Source of the DNA: Lama guanicoe | Taxonomy: Eukaryota | Reading direction: 5' to 3' | Length of the DNA stretch: 64,000 bases | NCBI GenBank assembly: GCA_013239625.1 | Contig: MU053482.1 | Location: 1-64,000, forward strand | Shown here: one piece after another, positions 1-13,600 of the stretch | Position numbering within the stretch: the first letter of the stretch is position 1 | Layout: every line of letters starts with the position of its first letter | Made by a program: the position numbers and the translations under genes | Notes under the pieces: model-generated | Told to the model about the DNA's origin: nothing | The model's database searches: none | Seen by the model: only the letters and a program-made list of their open reading frames with translations

Positions 1-43
1 AAGATCTTTTTCTTTATCCATCACTTATGAAATATCTACTTGG

Positions 44-75
44 TGTGTGTGTGTGTGTGTGTATGTGTGTGTGAA

Positions 76-122
<47 letters not shown>
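44..122 (+). repeat. Compound microsatellite (TG)n(GA)n
   Basis: gtgtgtgt... followed by gagagaga... seen directly; explains the low-complexity ORF 40..336. Confidence 0.95.
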
Positions 123-127
<5 letters not shown>

Positions 128-717
128 GTTATGAAAAAAAATTAGAAGAAGCCTGTCTCAACACTGCTAAAGTTTATAATCTTCTGGGAAGAAATCTTGC
201 TGGCTCTTTTGAGTGTCCCCTTTCTCCAATCTCTGGGGGTCAAATTCAAGTTGAAAGTAATTCAGCAGTAACAAACACATTTGTGTCAAGACAACATAAA
301 AGCAGAAGGGTCTGTAAATTTGTCTGGTGGGTTTGAGAAAACTGTTCTTAATCTCTGTCTTCATTCAGCCCTAAACCTATAAAATAGGAAAATTTCCCAA
401 TACTTTCTAACCTTGGGGGTAAGTGCTAGAGGAAGACGACTGCTGTTACTCATTTCTTTACATGAGAAGAATCAAATTTTGAGCTGGTGAGATGTAGGGA
501 CTCTGAGCTGATGCTCAGTGTTCCACGTTTCTCAAATGTGGATTGTGGTTGTGGCTGTCACGTGGTCTTCGTGCCTGGCTTGTGTTTTCTGTTCATATTT
601 ATTTGCTGTCTTTGCACAGGGTTGGGGAGAGCGTGAAGCTGCCTTACCCTGCAGTCATTTCCCACTCCTGTGATTCCTAACACCAAGATGAGGAGAGAAA
701 GTAGGGCACCCACATGT

Positions 718-1379
718 TGTAGACTCAAGTCCAAACCGTGCTCCCCAATCTGGTTTTATAACTTAAGACTATATAATAATTATTTTTTCCCTTGTGCATA
801 CGTCTTAATTTCTTCTAGTTCCAGATGAAAAGAATAATCTTACTAAAACCCCTACCTGAGCCATGCGGGCAGACTGCTGGACTAGTGGGACTGGGCTGGC
901 AAATACTGAGTGCAAAGCTAAGCTGTGCTGAGCGGTAGCTTGAGTCCAAGCATGCAGGTTCCAGGAAGGAAAAACGAGCAGGTACAAAGCAGATGATGTG
1001 AGCAACACCAGACTGGAGGTTCAAACTCCAGGCTGCGTATCCAAGGGGTGGGAGCAGGCTGAGAGATGTGAATGCAGGTGAAATAAATCGTGTTTAAGGC
1101 TAAAGCTTAAGCTTTAGAAATGTTAAGACAGAAGAAATATTAAGTCGCCCGAAGTGTGGAGAGAAATGAGGGGGAGGAGAGCAAGACTCGGGACAGAAGA
1201 AGCAAAGCCCATGTGAGAATCCCCCCCCAATTCATGGTGTAGTCTAGTGCCTTAAATCTGGTTTCGTATGTTCAGTTTCTCTTTCTAAACACTAATCTTT
1301 ATTTGTTCTCTTTGTGTTTCATTGTATTTGGTGTTTGTTCTAAGATAGAACAAGAGTTGACCGCCAGGTGCTAACACAT
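718..1379. mobile_element. Possible young LTR-like repeat running into an assembly gap
   Basis: Starts TGTAG, is richer in GC/CpG than its flanks, has AATAAA near 1082 and ends at a 541-N gap. Family not recognised. Confidence 0.3.
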
Positions 1380-1920
1380 NNNNNNNNNNNNNNNNNNNNN
1401 NNNNNNNNNNNNNNNNNNNNNNNNNNNNNNNNNNNNNNNNNNNNNNNNNNNNNNNNNNNNNNNNNNNNNNNNNNNNNNNNNNNNNNNNNNNNNNNNNNNN
1501 NNNNNNNNNNNNNNNNNNNNNNNNNNNNNNNNNNNNNNNNNNNNNNNNNNNNNNNNNNNNNNNNNNNNNNNNNNNNNNNNNNNNNNNNNNNNNNNNNNNN
1601 NNNNNNNNNNNNNNNNNNNNNNNNNNNNNNNNNNNNNNNNNNNNNNNNNNNNNNNNNNNNNNNNNNNNNNNNNNNNNNNNNNNNNNNNNNNNNNNNNNNN
1701 NNNNNNNNNNNNNNNNNNNNNNNNNNNNNNNNNNNNNNNNNNNNNNNNNNNNNNNNNNNNNNNNNNNNNNNNNNNNNNNNNNNNNNNNNNNNNNNNNNNN
1801 NNNNNNNNNNNNNNNNNNNNNNNNNNNNNNNNNNNNNNNNNNNNNNNNNNNNNNNNNNNNNNNNNNNNNNNNNNNNNNNNNNNNNNNNNNNNNNNNNNNN
1901 NNNNNNNNNNNNNNNNNNNN
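1380..1920. other. Assembly gap (N run)
   Basis: Run of N. Confidence 1.
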
Positions 1921-3399
1921 AAAAAAAAAAAAGACTTTAAGTAGGTATATTGACATTCAAAGATTTTCTACCTTGAGGAACGATTCAGCAGAGCCTAGGA
2001 CTTGAAGCACATCTACCATCTGCTAGTCTACTATTTATTTTATTGAAATCATTTTACCTAATGCTATCAATAATGTAACTCAGCATATTTCAAAAGGAAG
2101 TTTTGCCTCTAGGCTTTCCATTTAATGTAGCTCTCTGCTCAGGAATGAAGATGTACTTCACCAGATTTCTAGTAATTGAAAACTCTCACTCTGGGGCAGA
2201 AGATTTGTGATTGGAGTTTGTTTTGTTTTATTTTGTTTTATGTGCTTTGGAAAGGGGGTTCATTTCCTGCCAATGAAAAGTCTTGATTTGCTGGGTGTCT
2301 GCCCCTTGTCACTGCCTGTTCTGGAAGAAAGATGAACCATTATACCAGATCACTTCTTGCTGTTTTCAACCTCCATTAGTCTGCACTCACTTCTACAAAG
2401 CCCAGGGATGATATTTCATCCAGTCTTCTAAATTTCCTTAGATCTGATCAAGATCTACTAAATGGAATTACAACTTTGAAGAATACTGTACTTCTAGTGA
2501 GGTAGAGGGGAACAGGAATGAAAAGCAACGCACTTAAGAGTGCAATATTTCAAATAAACATACAACCTTCCTTAGTACATAAAATGTATTTTAATGAGCC
2601 TCTGGCCCAGAAGATCCTGAAATTGTTCACTCAATGTTTTTGAGAAAGCTTTGGGCCCCTTACATGGCATGTAGTTAAAGCTATGACAAAAGTTTTGAGG
2701 CTGAGGCTGGAATTGAAGCACTCCGGGAAGTCAGATATAAATGGAGGTCTATACTTCAGTGAGTATCAGACACAGTTCCTATGTTCCATTAGAGAAAAGT
2801 TGTTAAAATTGGAAGATAATTATTAAGGTTTTCTCCCCCTTCTCAAATATATTCTAAATATAGATCTAGTTTCAACAAAGCTAAATTTACCTCCTCTCTC
2901 ATCAGAGACCTTTGGGGTATCTATCTGGAAAGTCCCAAAGAAATTTTCTCCTTTGCTTGGAAAATCCCCAAAGAATTCACTAACCAATGCAGTACAGTAA
3001 TTCTGAGCAAGATCAGTTATGGATAGAGATTTTAAAACATTGGGCATCAGAGTGAGTTTGGGTGATTCAGAAGAAAAAAATATATATAAAATGCACAGAT
3101 GCTACACGATAGGAGGGTGGTTGAATAAGGAAGATTGAATTATCTCACTCTTTAGACTTCTGAAACCAAAGAGATTTGCAAACTGTCATGAAAAGGAAGA
3201 AGGGCAGTGGGGGAAAAAATAAATGTAATTTAGGCACTAGAGGAAGAAGACTGCATGATGCTGACATGACAAGGACCAAAGATAATATTACAGGCAAGCA
3301 CACCTCTGTAAATAGTAGAAAAACTTTTCTGTTCTAAGTGATGTAGGAGTCTTCCTCAGGAAATAGTAAGACTTCTACCAATGTATATATTGTATACAT

Positions 3400-3535
3400 T
3401 GCAGAAGGAATTATAGCCATCATCTTGTAACACATTTAATGCAGTATATTCTGCAAAAATACTGAATGACTATGCTATACACCTGAAACTAATATAATAT
3501 AAAATGGTAAAAGAACTGTATTTCGTTTAAAAGAA
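3400..3535 (+). mobile_element. LINE-1 3' end fragment
   Basis: ...actgaatgactatgctatacacctgaaactaatataata... resembles recalled artiodactyl-type L1 3'UTR termini, followed by an A-rich tail. Confidence 0.65.
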
Positions 3536-4876
3536 AAGAGTTGGAAGGAATTCAGTGACCATGTAGCCCAATTTTCAGACAGCAACATTTATGACACACG
3601 TCATTCTCCCTTTGCTTGAATACATCTAATGACAGTTATCTTATTATGTTACTAAAGATTTCTATCTGCATGAATAAATACATTGTTTGACCCCAAATCT
3701 ACTTTTCTATAACTTTTCCTTTCACCATATATTATGTACTTAGTGTGGGTAAATGTATACAAAAGACAATTATTTGCATCTATTCCATATAATCTTTCCA
3801 ATTCTAAATATCTTCAATTTATTTTAAATTTGTTTGAGATTCCAGACATCTTGAAACCATATTTGTCTTCCTCTAGAAACACTTACTTTTCAATATGCAC
3901 ACTAATTATTTACAAGCAAGAAGATCAACCAAAAAGAAGGTTTAGAAATTCATTCATTCACTCAAAATACAATTATTATTTTGTGCCAATCACTATTTTA
4001 AGAGCAAGAAAACAAAACAGACAAAAATTCCTATACATATATATTTTACATTCTGGTGAGGGAATACAGACAGCACTGACTGCTGTAGAGTAAGGAAAAG
4101 CTGGAAAGAAAGATGTTATGCCAAGAAGGGTAGGGATCTGAGGGTTGCAAATTTTAAACTGGGAGGTAAGGAAAAGCTTCACTTTGGGGTTGACACTGAG
4201 TAGAGATCTGAAATTTTTGAAGTCATGCGCCATGAATACATTGTGTGTGGAAGAACTTAGCAGGCAGTGAAACTGGTAATGGAAATACCCTGTACTGCGC
4301 ATATGTTTGTTGAGTTTGAGGAACCTCCAGTAGGTATGGATGAACTGAGTCAGATTAATGGAAGACACATTCAGAGATTTAAAGGGATGCTAATTGTATA
4401 GGATGTGGTAAACAAATAAGGATGTTGGCTTTTGATCTGTGCGAGATATGAAGATAATGGAGGTTTAAGGGATGGTTTTACTTATGTTTATTTTATAAAG
4501 CAAAATAGTGGTAATAATACTAACAATAACTGTGATAATAGTTTATATTCTGTTGATAATGTTCCAGGTAGTGATTAAAAAAAAACCTCCACGCTTTATT
4601 CTTTTTAATGCTAAAATAATTTACAATTGAGAAAATTGCTTTTAAAAGTTTGCAGTTCTAAACTTCTATTTTCTAGAAAAATTTACTTTTTTCTTGTCTT
4701 ATCTGTTGATATTATTTATACAGCATCATTTAGAAAATTTTCCATGAGTAACAATAATGGTTTAAAAACACTTACAGAGAACTCTATGCTAAACCTCACA
4801 AAAAAGACAGAGACAGAGAGAAAAAGACAGAGAGAAAGATAGAGAGAATGGAAACAATCAAGATTAGAACTTTAGA

Positions 4877-5620
4877 AAAGTCTGTTATATGGAGAAGATT
4901 AAAATATAACAGAAAAATATAGAAAGTATTTTTTGAAAATGAAATAAATATACTTATAATGCTTTAGAAAAAATAATAACTCAGGTTGATAATCTAAAAT
5001 AACAGATAATTATGAAGGTTTAAAAACAAAAATAAACTGGCTGAAAGTCTGTTATATGGAGAAGATTAAAATATAACAGAAAAATATAGAAAATATTTTT
5101 TGAAAATAAAATAAATGTACCAGAAATTTTAAAAATAGGATTACTTATACATATATATCCCTTGCTTACTTACATAGAGATTTAAGAGAATCAGTAGAAT
5201 CCATGCTAATTAATTAGAGCTTAAAAATGCCATTGGTTCAATGTAAAAACTAAAATATTTCATGTTTATCAAGAAGAAACAAAAATAAAAATTAAAAACA
5301 GATTCTGAAGTCATATGATTGTTTTCAGGAAGCTTTCAGACTAGATTCATGTCCCAGAACATAGAAGAAATGTAGAAAGCTAACTAAATTAATTAATAAA
5401 TATTCCACTCTATCCAATATAATTCTTCATATTTATTTTGGGACTAAAAATAATGTACCAAAAATTTTAAAAATAGGATTACTTATACATATATATCCCT
5501 TGCTTACTTACATAGAGATTTAAGAGAATCAGTAGAATCCATGCTAATTAATTAGAGCTTAAAAATGCCATTGGTTCAATGTAAAAACTAAAATATTTCA
5601 TGTTTATCAAGAAGAAACAA
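4877..5620 (+). repeat. Complex local duplication: A (4877-4953) / A' (5044-5120) and B (5114-5282) / B' (5452-5620)
   Basis: By-eye comparison: 77-bp copies with 3 mismatches; 169-bp copies with 1 mismatch. Confidence 0.92.
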
Positions 5621-6190
5621 CTGGCAATATAATGAAAAATGTTTATGGTTGTGCTTTGCAAATTGAAACTTACTATGTAATTTTTGGCCTGTCAAATATT
5701 TTGCCCCTGATAATTCTGACATACAACATCCAGACTTGTAGAGAGACTGTTCTCAGCTCATAATATACAAGTATGTGTGCAATAAATAAGTTCTCATGTA
5801 ATTCAATCAACTATAATCCAGTGGACACATCTGATAGGGCTTCTTGGAAGAAGGGAAATTATATGAGGAGATAGGAGAATCAGTTTTGTTAAAATACAGT
5901 CCATCATTTGGAAAGTGGTCAATGGGACAAAAGCAAGGTCTAGTGAAGGGCCTGGGAATAGGAGGGCATATATAGACAGAATTTACAGTAAAAAACCAAG
6001 CAAGGCCGGTCCTTGTTATAATGTTTGCATTGTGTTTGCATTCTTTTGATTCAGTAACACATTCATAACTACTCAGTAGGATCAAATAACAGAGTTTGGA
6101 CACAAAAAGATGATTTTTGCCCTAAATTTGTCATTTTTATTGCACAAATACTTGTTCATCTTTTGTCTCATACTGAAAACAATCTCACTA

Positions 6191-6206
6191 CTACCTTCTT
6201 GTATAG
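6191..6206 (+). promoter_or_regulatory. Probable 3' splice acceptor of the 5'UTR intron of the first OR52N gene
   Basis: ctaccttcttgtatAG about 48 bp before the ATG, typical OR gene architecture. Confidence 0.5.
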
Positions 6207-6253
6207 GACATATTTATTGACATCAAAAACAACATGCTTTGCAACTGACCATC

Positions 6254-7210
6254 ATGCTTGGACCCAATAGCTCCAGCCTGACACCAAGATACCTCATCCT
6301 CAATGGGATTCCTGGGCTGGAAGCTGCACACATCTGGATCTCTCTGCCATTCTGCTTCATGTACGTCACTGCAGTCACAGGGAACTGTGGGCTCATGTAC
6401 ATCATCAGCCATGAGGAGGCCCTGCACCAGCCCATGTACTACTTCCTAGCCTTGCTATCCGTTATAGATCTTAGTGGGTGTACTTCCTTTGTCCCCAATA
6501 TGCTGTGTATCTTTTGGCTCAGTCTCAAAAAGATTGGCTTCAATGCCTGCCTTGTGCAGATGTTTTTTATCCACATGCTGACAGGCATGGAGTCTGGGGT
6601 GCTCATGCTTATGGCTCTGGATCGCTACGTGGCCATCTGCTACCCTCTACGCTATTCTACCATCCTCACCAACACCACAATTACCAAGGTTGGGCTTGCC
6701 ACCTTGACTCGAAGTGTGTTGCTCATGATACCATTCATTTTCCTGATCAAGCGTCTGTGCAGGGGCAACCTCATTCAGCACACCTATTGTGACCATATGT
6801 CTCTGGCCAAATTATCCTGTGGCAACATCAAGATTAACGCTATCTATGGCCTCATAGCTGCCACATTGATTGGAGGGTTTGATATGTTCTGTATCTCCAT
6901 GTCTTACACCATGATTATCCACGCTGTAGTAAATCTGTCATCTGCAGATGCTCGTCGCAAAGGTTTCAGCACCTGTACATCACACATATGTGCTATTGTC
7001 ATCACCTATGTCCCAGCCTTCTTCAATTTCTTCACTCACCGCTTTGGGGGACACAGCATACCTCACCATGTCCACATTTTAATAGCCAACCTCTACCTGT
7101 TGCTGCCTCCTACCTTGAATCCAATTGTCTATGGAGTGAAGACCAAGCAGATCCGTGAAGGAGTGATCAAATTGTTTTCCAGAGAGAAAGATATTTTGAG
7201 TGTGAGATAA
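6254..7210 (+). CDS. Olfactory receptor family 52 subfamily N, 318 aa, open frame; possibly the OR52N3 orthologue by synteny
   Basis: OR motifs: N-terminal NSS sequon, [63 protein letters not shown]. The likely start is ATG 6254 (the ORF track starts at TTG 6239). Carries a 2-codon in-frame deletion (KRL--CRGN) relative to the neighbouring paralogues. Confidence 0.93.
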   Translation: MLGPNSSSLTPRYLILNGIPGLEAAHIWISLPFCFMYVTAVTGNCGLMYIISHEEALHQPMYYFLALLSVIDLSGCTSFVPNMLCIFWLSLKKIGFNACLVQMFFIHMLTGMESGVLMLMALDRYVAICYPLRYSTILTNTTITKVGLATLTRSVLLMIPFIFLIKRLCRGNLIQHTYCDHMSLAKLSCGNIKINAIYGLIAATLIGGFDMFCISMSYTMIIHAVVNLSSADARRKGFSTCTSHICAIVITYVPAFFNFFTHRFGGHSIPHHVHILIANLYLLLPPTLNPIVYGVKTKQIREGVIKLFSREKDILSVR

Positions 7211-10200
7211 ATCGATGATAGAGAATTCTGTATTTAGCATAAAGATAAAAATATAGAAAGGAAGAGAATAAATGTGAAATTCAATAACCATGAAGTCAGG
7301 AGAAAATACCTGTCAATATTATGCTCTAAGATTTACAAAATAATCACAGAATTTTTACTGAGACCTATAATTTGATTGGAAAAAATCCAAAACAGTCAGG
7401 AAACAATGCTATTTCCCACATGGTTTAACTTTAATTAGACCTTGTGGAATGGACACAGAGAATGGACTAGTTAGAATATACAACTTGAAAGTAATCTCTT
7501 GATGATTAACACACTTTGGTCAGGCACTGTGAGGGAGTATATAGTAAAGAATAAAGAAGGCCTGTAGCCTAGAGAGCCTCCAAAGATTGGGGAAGGCATA
7601 TAAGCAAACTGTCCTTTGTGTTACAGAGAAGCAAGAAAGATTTCCCCTAATGTGCTGAATTCCAGGGGTCTTTGTCAGATTTTTATTCCATATTTATGTG
7701 AAATTTGCATATCTTTAGGGAAAAGTTATTGACTGCCAATTTATATCTGGCAATCTGGTGCCTGGGAAATTATTTTGACTCCTATGAGCATACCTGAGAA
7801 AATGCAAATGAAGCAGGAGTAGAAATAATTACTGAAGCTTATCATAATCTGTCATGTACCTTTTAAGTTGATTTCAAGGAGGATTTTGAAAGGTACACAG
7901 GACAATATTTAACAGCTATTTGAGGAAAGACTTTATAAGTAGAGAAAAAGAAACTTGAAGAAAATCTATATACTCTGACATTCAAGGATGTCTGGGCTGA
8001 CTGCTTTCTTTAACTTTAATGTAGAAAAAGAAACAGTTAATGATCAGGGACAATGAAGAAAGAAGTACCTTATTTAGATTTCTGGAAATACAGGAAAAAA
8101 AGAAAAAGAGAAATAATAAATGTGATATTTGGAAATAGCAATACTGAATGAGAAGTGAAGAAAATAAGGGAATAATACAAGAAAAAAACTGGAGTAATAA
8201 AATTGGATCAGGAAATGAATGCAAAAGATAAGTAGAGATCTTAGAACACTGATTAATATTAGTCTTATCTGCTAATATGAAGAATATATTTTAATATCAT
8301 GTTATATATAGTCAAATAATGGTGAAATATATTAATCACTTCATGTATTTTTGCAATATAGTTTTTACGTCCTGAAGCAAAGCCTGATTTTAAAAATGTT
8401 ATATTATAAAAGTGTTTCTGTGTAATAAAAATTAAGTTGGTAATCAGAAAAGTTTCTTTCTCCTGAAGTTATACTTTTGGATTTGGTAAATTTTACTCAG
8501 GTATTCTCATTTAAATCATACCAAAACACTAGTAAATAGATCAAGAAATTAGTTTACTTAAACAACCATTTTAAACATATATATGTAGATATTATAATTA
8601 CACTTCATATACAATATTTTGTTGAACTTCTACTTCAAAACTATGGCATAGCTATAATTATCCTCATTTTATAGATAAGGAATATGAGCTACATAAACAG
8701 CCAAACTGTTTGGATCTCAGAGCATTGAAATTAAAATTTAAATGCAATAATGTTAGCAAGCCTATGCTGTGAGGAGACAGCGTGGGAGGCACAACAAAGT
8801 AAAGCCAGAACATAAACTTAGAAATTGGAAAAAGTAAGCTGCTATAACTAAAATATATTTGAGGCACTGAGTAACAATTCCTAGTTAGTTTTATGTCGTC
8901 TTCCCCATTACAAACTCAAAAATGCATTTCACAGAAAATAAATACAACAAAAACAATGTAACTCTGAACTAAGACTGACAGCTGAGTTAGAGCCAGTGGC
9001 CAGAATCATTGAGAAATTTTTAAATAATTATAAGGTAGATGGTGATGGAAGAATATTCTACCCAGTATTTATGGGGGGTGAGAGAGAGAGAAGAGTAGAG
9101 GGAAGAAAAGGAGAGAGAGGAGAGGTGAGGTGAGGACAGGAAAAAAAGCGGATGGAATTTCAAATTCTGTCTCTCTCCCTACAGACCAGGTTGTGAGGCA
9201 GAGCTCAGTGGACTTGATGGAAAAAGTCCAATTTTCCCACATCAACCTCAAACAGTTTCATTAGATTCAGAACCAAGGTAACAGGTACAAAGAACTCACA
9301 CTCAGATTTCAATTTAGTTAAATCATAATTCATTTAAAAATATGAGGTATTAATATCCCCAAAAGAAAGTAAGTAGAAGAAAATTACAAGGTGATGCCAG
9401 GGTAGTGAGAATTATCTTGCTCCCGCAGAACATTCCAAACCATTTGGCCAGCCACTTCCAAATGGTCACACGTGTAGATGTACAGAGATTAAGAAAACAG
9501 AACAAAAAAACAGAACAGTACAAATGGGAGGACACAAGTTCGCTGAGCATTCCACACGACCCTCTCACAAGACTCCACTGACAGTGGGGGTTTACGTTTT
9601 AATGAACTGGCAAATTAAGCCAAAAATGTAAGTCAGATCTTATATCACTTTTTCCCTGAATCCTGTTTCTCAGCAACAGTGAACGATCTATTTACTTTTC
9701 TTTGAAAAAAAAATGCCATAGACATACTTTATCTTTCAAAATAACTTTAAGTCATTTCCAAAGCAGTTGTATGGAAGTGCTGAGAAATGAACAAGATTGC
9801 ACAAAGATGGATTAATTCTTTTGTGGGATAATTAGAGATGAGAATTTTGAATTTAACATTGCTATATTTCAGATAAGGAATCAAAAGCATTTCGGTCAAT
9901 AAAAAAGAGGTTTGATATTGATCTGGGATTTTTTTTCCTGATTCCTTTGGAGAAATAAACGTCTGTGGAAATTAGACAATTGTGCATATGTATATACATG
10001 TTGAGTGCTTTTATGTTAAACGATCAAGGCACAGATTTCTTTATCCAACCAATGCTATCTTCATGCACCCAAAGAACAAACAGGGAAATAAACAAACAGA
10101 AATAATTGTAAGGAAAGGAAGAGAGGAGACTTGGAGGAGGGGTACAATTATTCTCCACTTCTTATTACTCAAGTAGAGGGACATTTAGACTAAAATTCTT

Positions 10201-10656
10201 AACTTTTTTTTCTAACTCTCATTCATCTGAACAGGTAAAGCTGCAGTTTTTGTGTCTGGTATGAGTAAGTTACAGGTTTTTATATCTTAGGATCTGATCC
10301 CTCACACTAGTCAATCTCCCTGTCTGAATGAATCGTGCATTCTGATCTGTCCATTTGGTGTGGTCAGTAGCCAGACCCTCCCATGGAGGTTTGCATTTGT
10401 CTATGCTAGAGACTGGGTGAGCAAGCTTGCCTAAATCAGGGGCAAAATATAAACAAGTCCTTTAAACTGAAGATCTAAAGCCTTATTCTACTGATGTATG
10501 TTATAAAATTGTTAATATTTTGATGCCACTTCCTTGCCTCCTATGAGTCTCCATTAGTGCTGAACGGGCGTGGAAGACAGAGTTGTTATAAATAGGCTAC
10601 TGAAAAGCCTAAATTTTAAGATGAAATTAGGACAAGGTGGAAAAGTAAATGAGTCA

Positions 10657-12450
10657 ATTTTGAGTTTATTTTTTATATGGTGTTAGAAAATGTTCTAATT
10701 CCATTCTCTTACATATAACTCTCCAGTTTTCCCAGCATCACTTATTAAAGAGATTGTCTTTTCTCCATTGTATATTCTTGCCTCCTTTGTTGTAGAGTAA
10801 TTGACCATAAGTGCGTGGACTTATTACTGGGCTCTCTCTTCTGTTCCATTGATATGTGTCTGTTTTTGTGCCAGTACCATACTGTTTTGATTACTGTAGC
10901 TTTGTAGTATAGTCTGAAGTCCAGGAGTGTGATTTCCCCAACTCTCTTCTTTCTCAAGATTGTTTTGGCTATTCAGGGCCTTTTGTGTTTCTATACAAAT
11001 TTTAAAATTATTTGTTCCAGATCTGTGAAAAATGTCACTGGTATTTTAATAGGGATTGCATTGAATCTGTAGATTGCTTTGGGTAGTACGGTCACTTTAA
11101 CAACACTGATTCTTCCAATCCAAAAGCATGGAATGTCTTTCCATTTCTGTCAATAATCTTCAGTTTTCTTTATCAATGTTTTATATAGTCTTGGTCAGGT
11201 TTATTCCTTAGTATGTCACTCTGTCTTTTGATTGGAGAATTTAATCCATTTACATTAGAAGCAGTTATTGATAGGTAAGGAGTAATCATTGCCATCTTGT
11301 TAATTGCTTTCTTGCTAGTTCTTTTGTTATTTTCTCCCTCTCTTGCCATCTTCTTTTCTGATTTAATGCTTTTTCATAATCAAATACTGTGATTTCTTTC
11401 TCTCTGTCTTTTGGATATGTAGTGTAGGTTTTTTGCTTTGTGGGTACCATGAAGCTTACACAAAACATCTTATACTTATAGCAGTCTATTTTAAGTGGAT
11501 AACAACTTAACTTTACTGACTGGATTCAGTAGAGAAAAATCTTCACCAGTCAGTCTGGTTGGGAATTTTGTAGCTTTCTCAGATGTTTCTGTGGTTGCAC
11601 TGCTGCACACTTCTTATTCCCTCTCAGGGTTAATTCTTAAAATTATACACCTTCTCTAGATACTGCAAATTCAAGCTGGGTGTTGGAGAGACTCCAATTT
11701 ATTTTCCCTGAAACTCTCAAGTTTGTGAGCCTTTTCCTAATCCTGTAGAGTTGAGCCAGCTTTCCAAGCATGCTTGCTAGCCCTCTGCAAAGGCTTGTGT
11801 TTGTGTCTGTTGGAGCATGAACCAGGAGCCCACCATGTGGAGGTAAGAAATGGAGAGGTAAGGTGCACAAAGCATTGGGGGTGCATGTGGACTAGTTATA
11901 AGAGCCCTCAAGTGAGGCTTTCTGGGAGGCTCATGGGTGGGCTTCTTGATGGAGCCCATGAAGCAATTAGTGGAAACCATGAAGTGGTTAGTAGAATGAA
12001 TCTTGAAGTGATTGGCAGCATCTATTTGATGAATTCTGAGCCCTGACTGCTGTGCTCCCAACCTCACCCGAAAACCCTCAGGCTTACCAAGTCAGTGTTC
12101 TGGATGGAGTGAGAAGAAGGTGGGCCTCTTGGGCAGGTCCCAAATACCTGAGGAATCCAGGTGCTCACTTACACACACTTCTTTTCCCCCATGGAAGAAA
12201 CTGCAGGCTGAGGGGGTCTCACTTGTCACCCTGGGGAGGAATGACACGTGTCAAATGAAACTTTTTTTCTTATCTTTTGTGTATCTAGTGTTGGATTTTT
12301 GCCCAATTGGTATGCTGGAACTTCTTCATTGTACCTTGGACTCCCACAAAGTTACTCTCATCCACAGGTGATTATCAAAACCAATGTTCTGTGTGGGGAT
12401 GACAGTAGAAAACTTCTATTTCACCAACTTGCTGAAGTCACTCTCTTTAG
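10657..12450 (-). mobile_element. LINE-1 fragments (ORF2 piece, ORF1/ORF2 junction, possible 5' region)
   Basis: Minus ORF 10745..10957 contains the L1 ORF2 signature [27 protein letters not shown]; adjoining antisense L1-like sequence. Confidence 0.85.
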
Positions 12451-12479
12451 CTTCTTATTTTTAACAATGAGTAATAATT

Positions 12480-13600
12480 GTTGGAGTTTGACATTTGATT
12501 AAATTTATAAATCACTTTGAGATTAAATTACCTCTGTACCTATGTAACCATCTAATTTCTGAATATAATATTTTTGTATAGCTTTCAATTAGATTTTCAA
12601 ATCATTGCTTAAATTAAATTCTAGGTATATGAAACTATTGTAAAGAGTACTTTCTAGTTTTCTAATATATTGCCAGAGTATTAATAAAATTTATTTTTAT
12701 TTACTGGCTCTGTTTCCAGTGACATGGTTAAATCAATGTAATAATAATAATAATTCATCTATAGATTAGCTTTTCTGTATACATAATCTATAAAAATTAC
12801 AGTTTTAATTATTTATGTTTATATATTTTAGCTTTACTTCACTAGATAGAACTGCAGCACGATGTTAAATAAATTTATTATAATTGGAACCCTACCTTTA
12901 TTCTCATCTCAGAAGGGATGCCTTTAACATTTCACTAAGTATAATGCTTACTGTATGTTTTATATACCTATTATTAGATTAGTTTTGAGGAGTTGCTATT
13001 GAGGTATAATTCACATATAAGAAAGTACACAACACTAAAATGTTCAGTTTGATAAGTTTAAACAGTAGCATACAGCTATATTATGCCACATGAAACAAGA
13101 TAAAGAAGATGACTACCACCTCAGAAATTTCCCTTTTGCACCTGTGAGTCATTATGACTCCCCAGAGGACATTACTTTTTCATTTCTATCACATTAGATT
13201 AGTTTCACTTATTTTTGGACTGCATACAACTGGAATCATACAATACATATTTTTTTTGTCTGGGTTTGTTGGCTCAATATAATGTTTTTGAAATTTATCC
13301 ATATTACATGCAAAAATAATTTTTCCCTTATTATTTCTATGTTACATTACATTCTTGTTCCATTTATTAATATTTGGGTTATATGAACACTGACCTATAA
13401 GTCTTTTGTGGATATGTATTTTTATTTATCTTCATTAAAAACCTAATAATGGAACTGCTAGGTCATAGAGTTGGCACATATATAACTTAATAAGAAAATA
13501 CTGAACTTTCATGCAAAATAGTTCTACAGTTTTACACTTTTCCCAATATTGTGTTAGAGTCACAGTATCAGGGGAGTTTTGTGATGTACTTTCAATGACT
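12480..13600 (-). mobile_element. Old LINE-1 (L1M-type) fragments
   Basis: Degenerate antisense L1 3' text (attgaggtataattcacata..., ggaatcatacaatac..., ggaactgctaggtcatag). Confidence 0.6.

Noticed and set aside
40..336. 98-aa ORF with VCVC/ERER repeats
   Set aside because: Translation of a microsatellite.
1285..1956. Long ORFs 1285..1956 and 1368..1940 (also 50825..51007)
   Set aside because: Artefacts of translating N gaps.
6583..6647. Near-identical TM3 nucleotide block among the three OR52N loci, suggesting gene conversion
   Set aside because: Several synonymous differences are present; explained by protein-level conservation.
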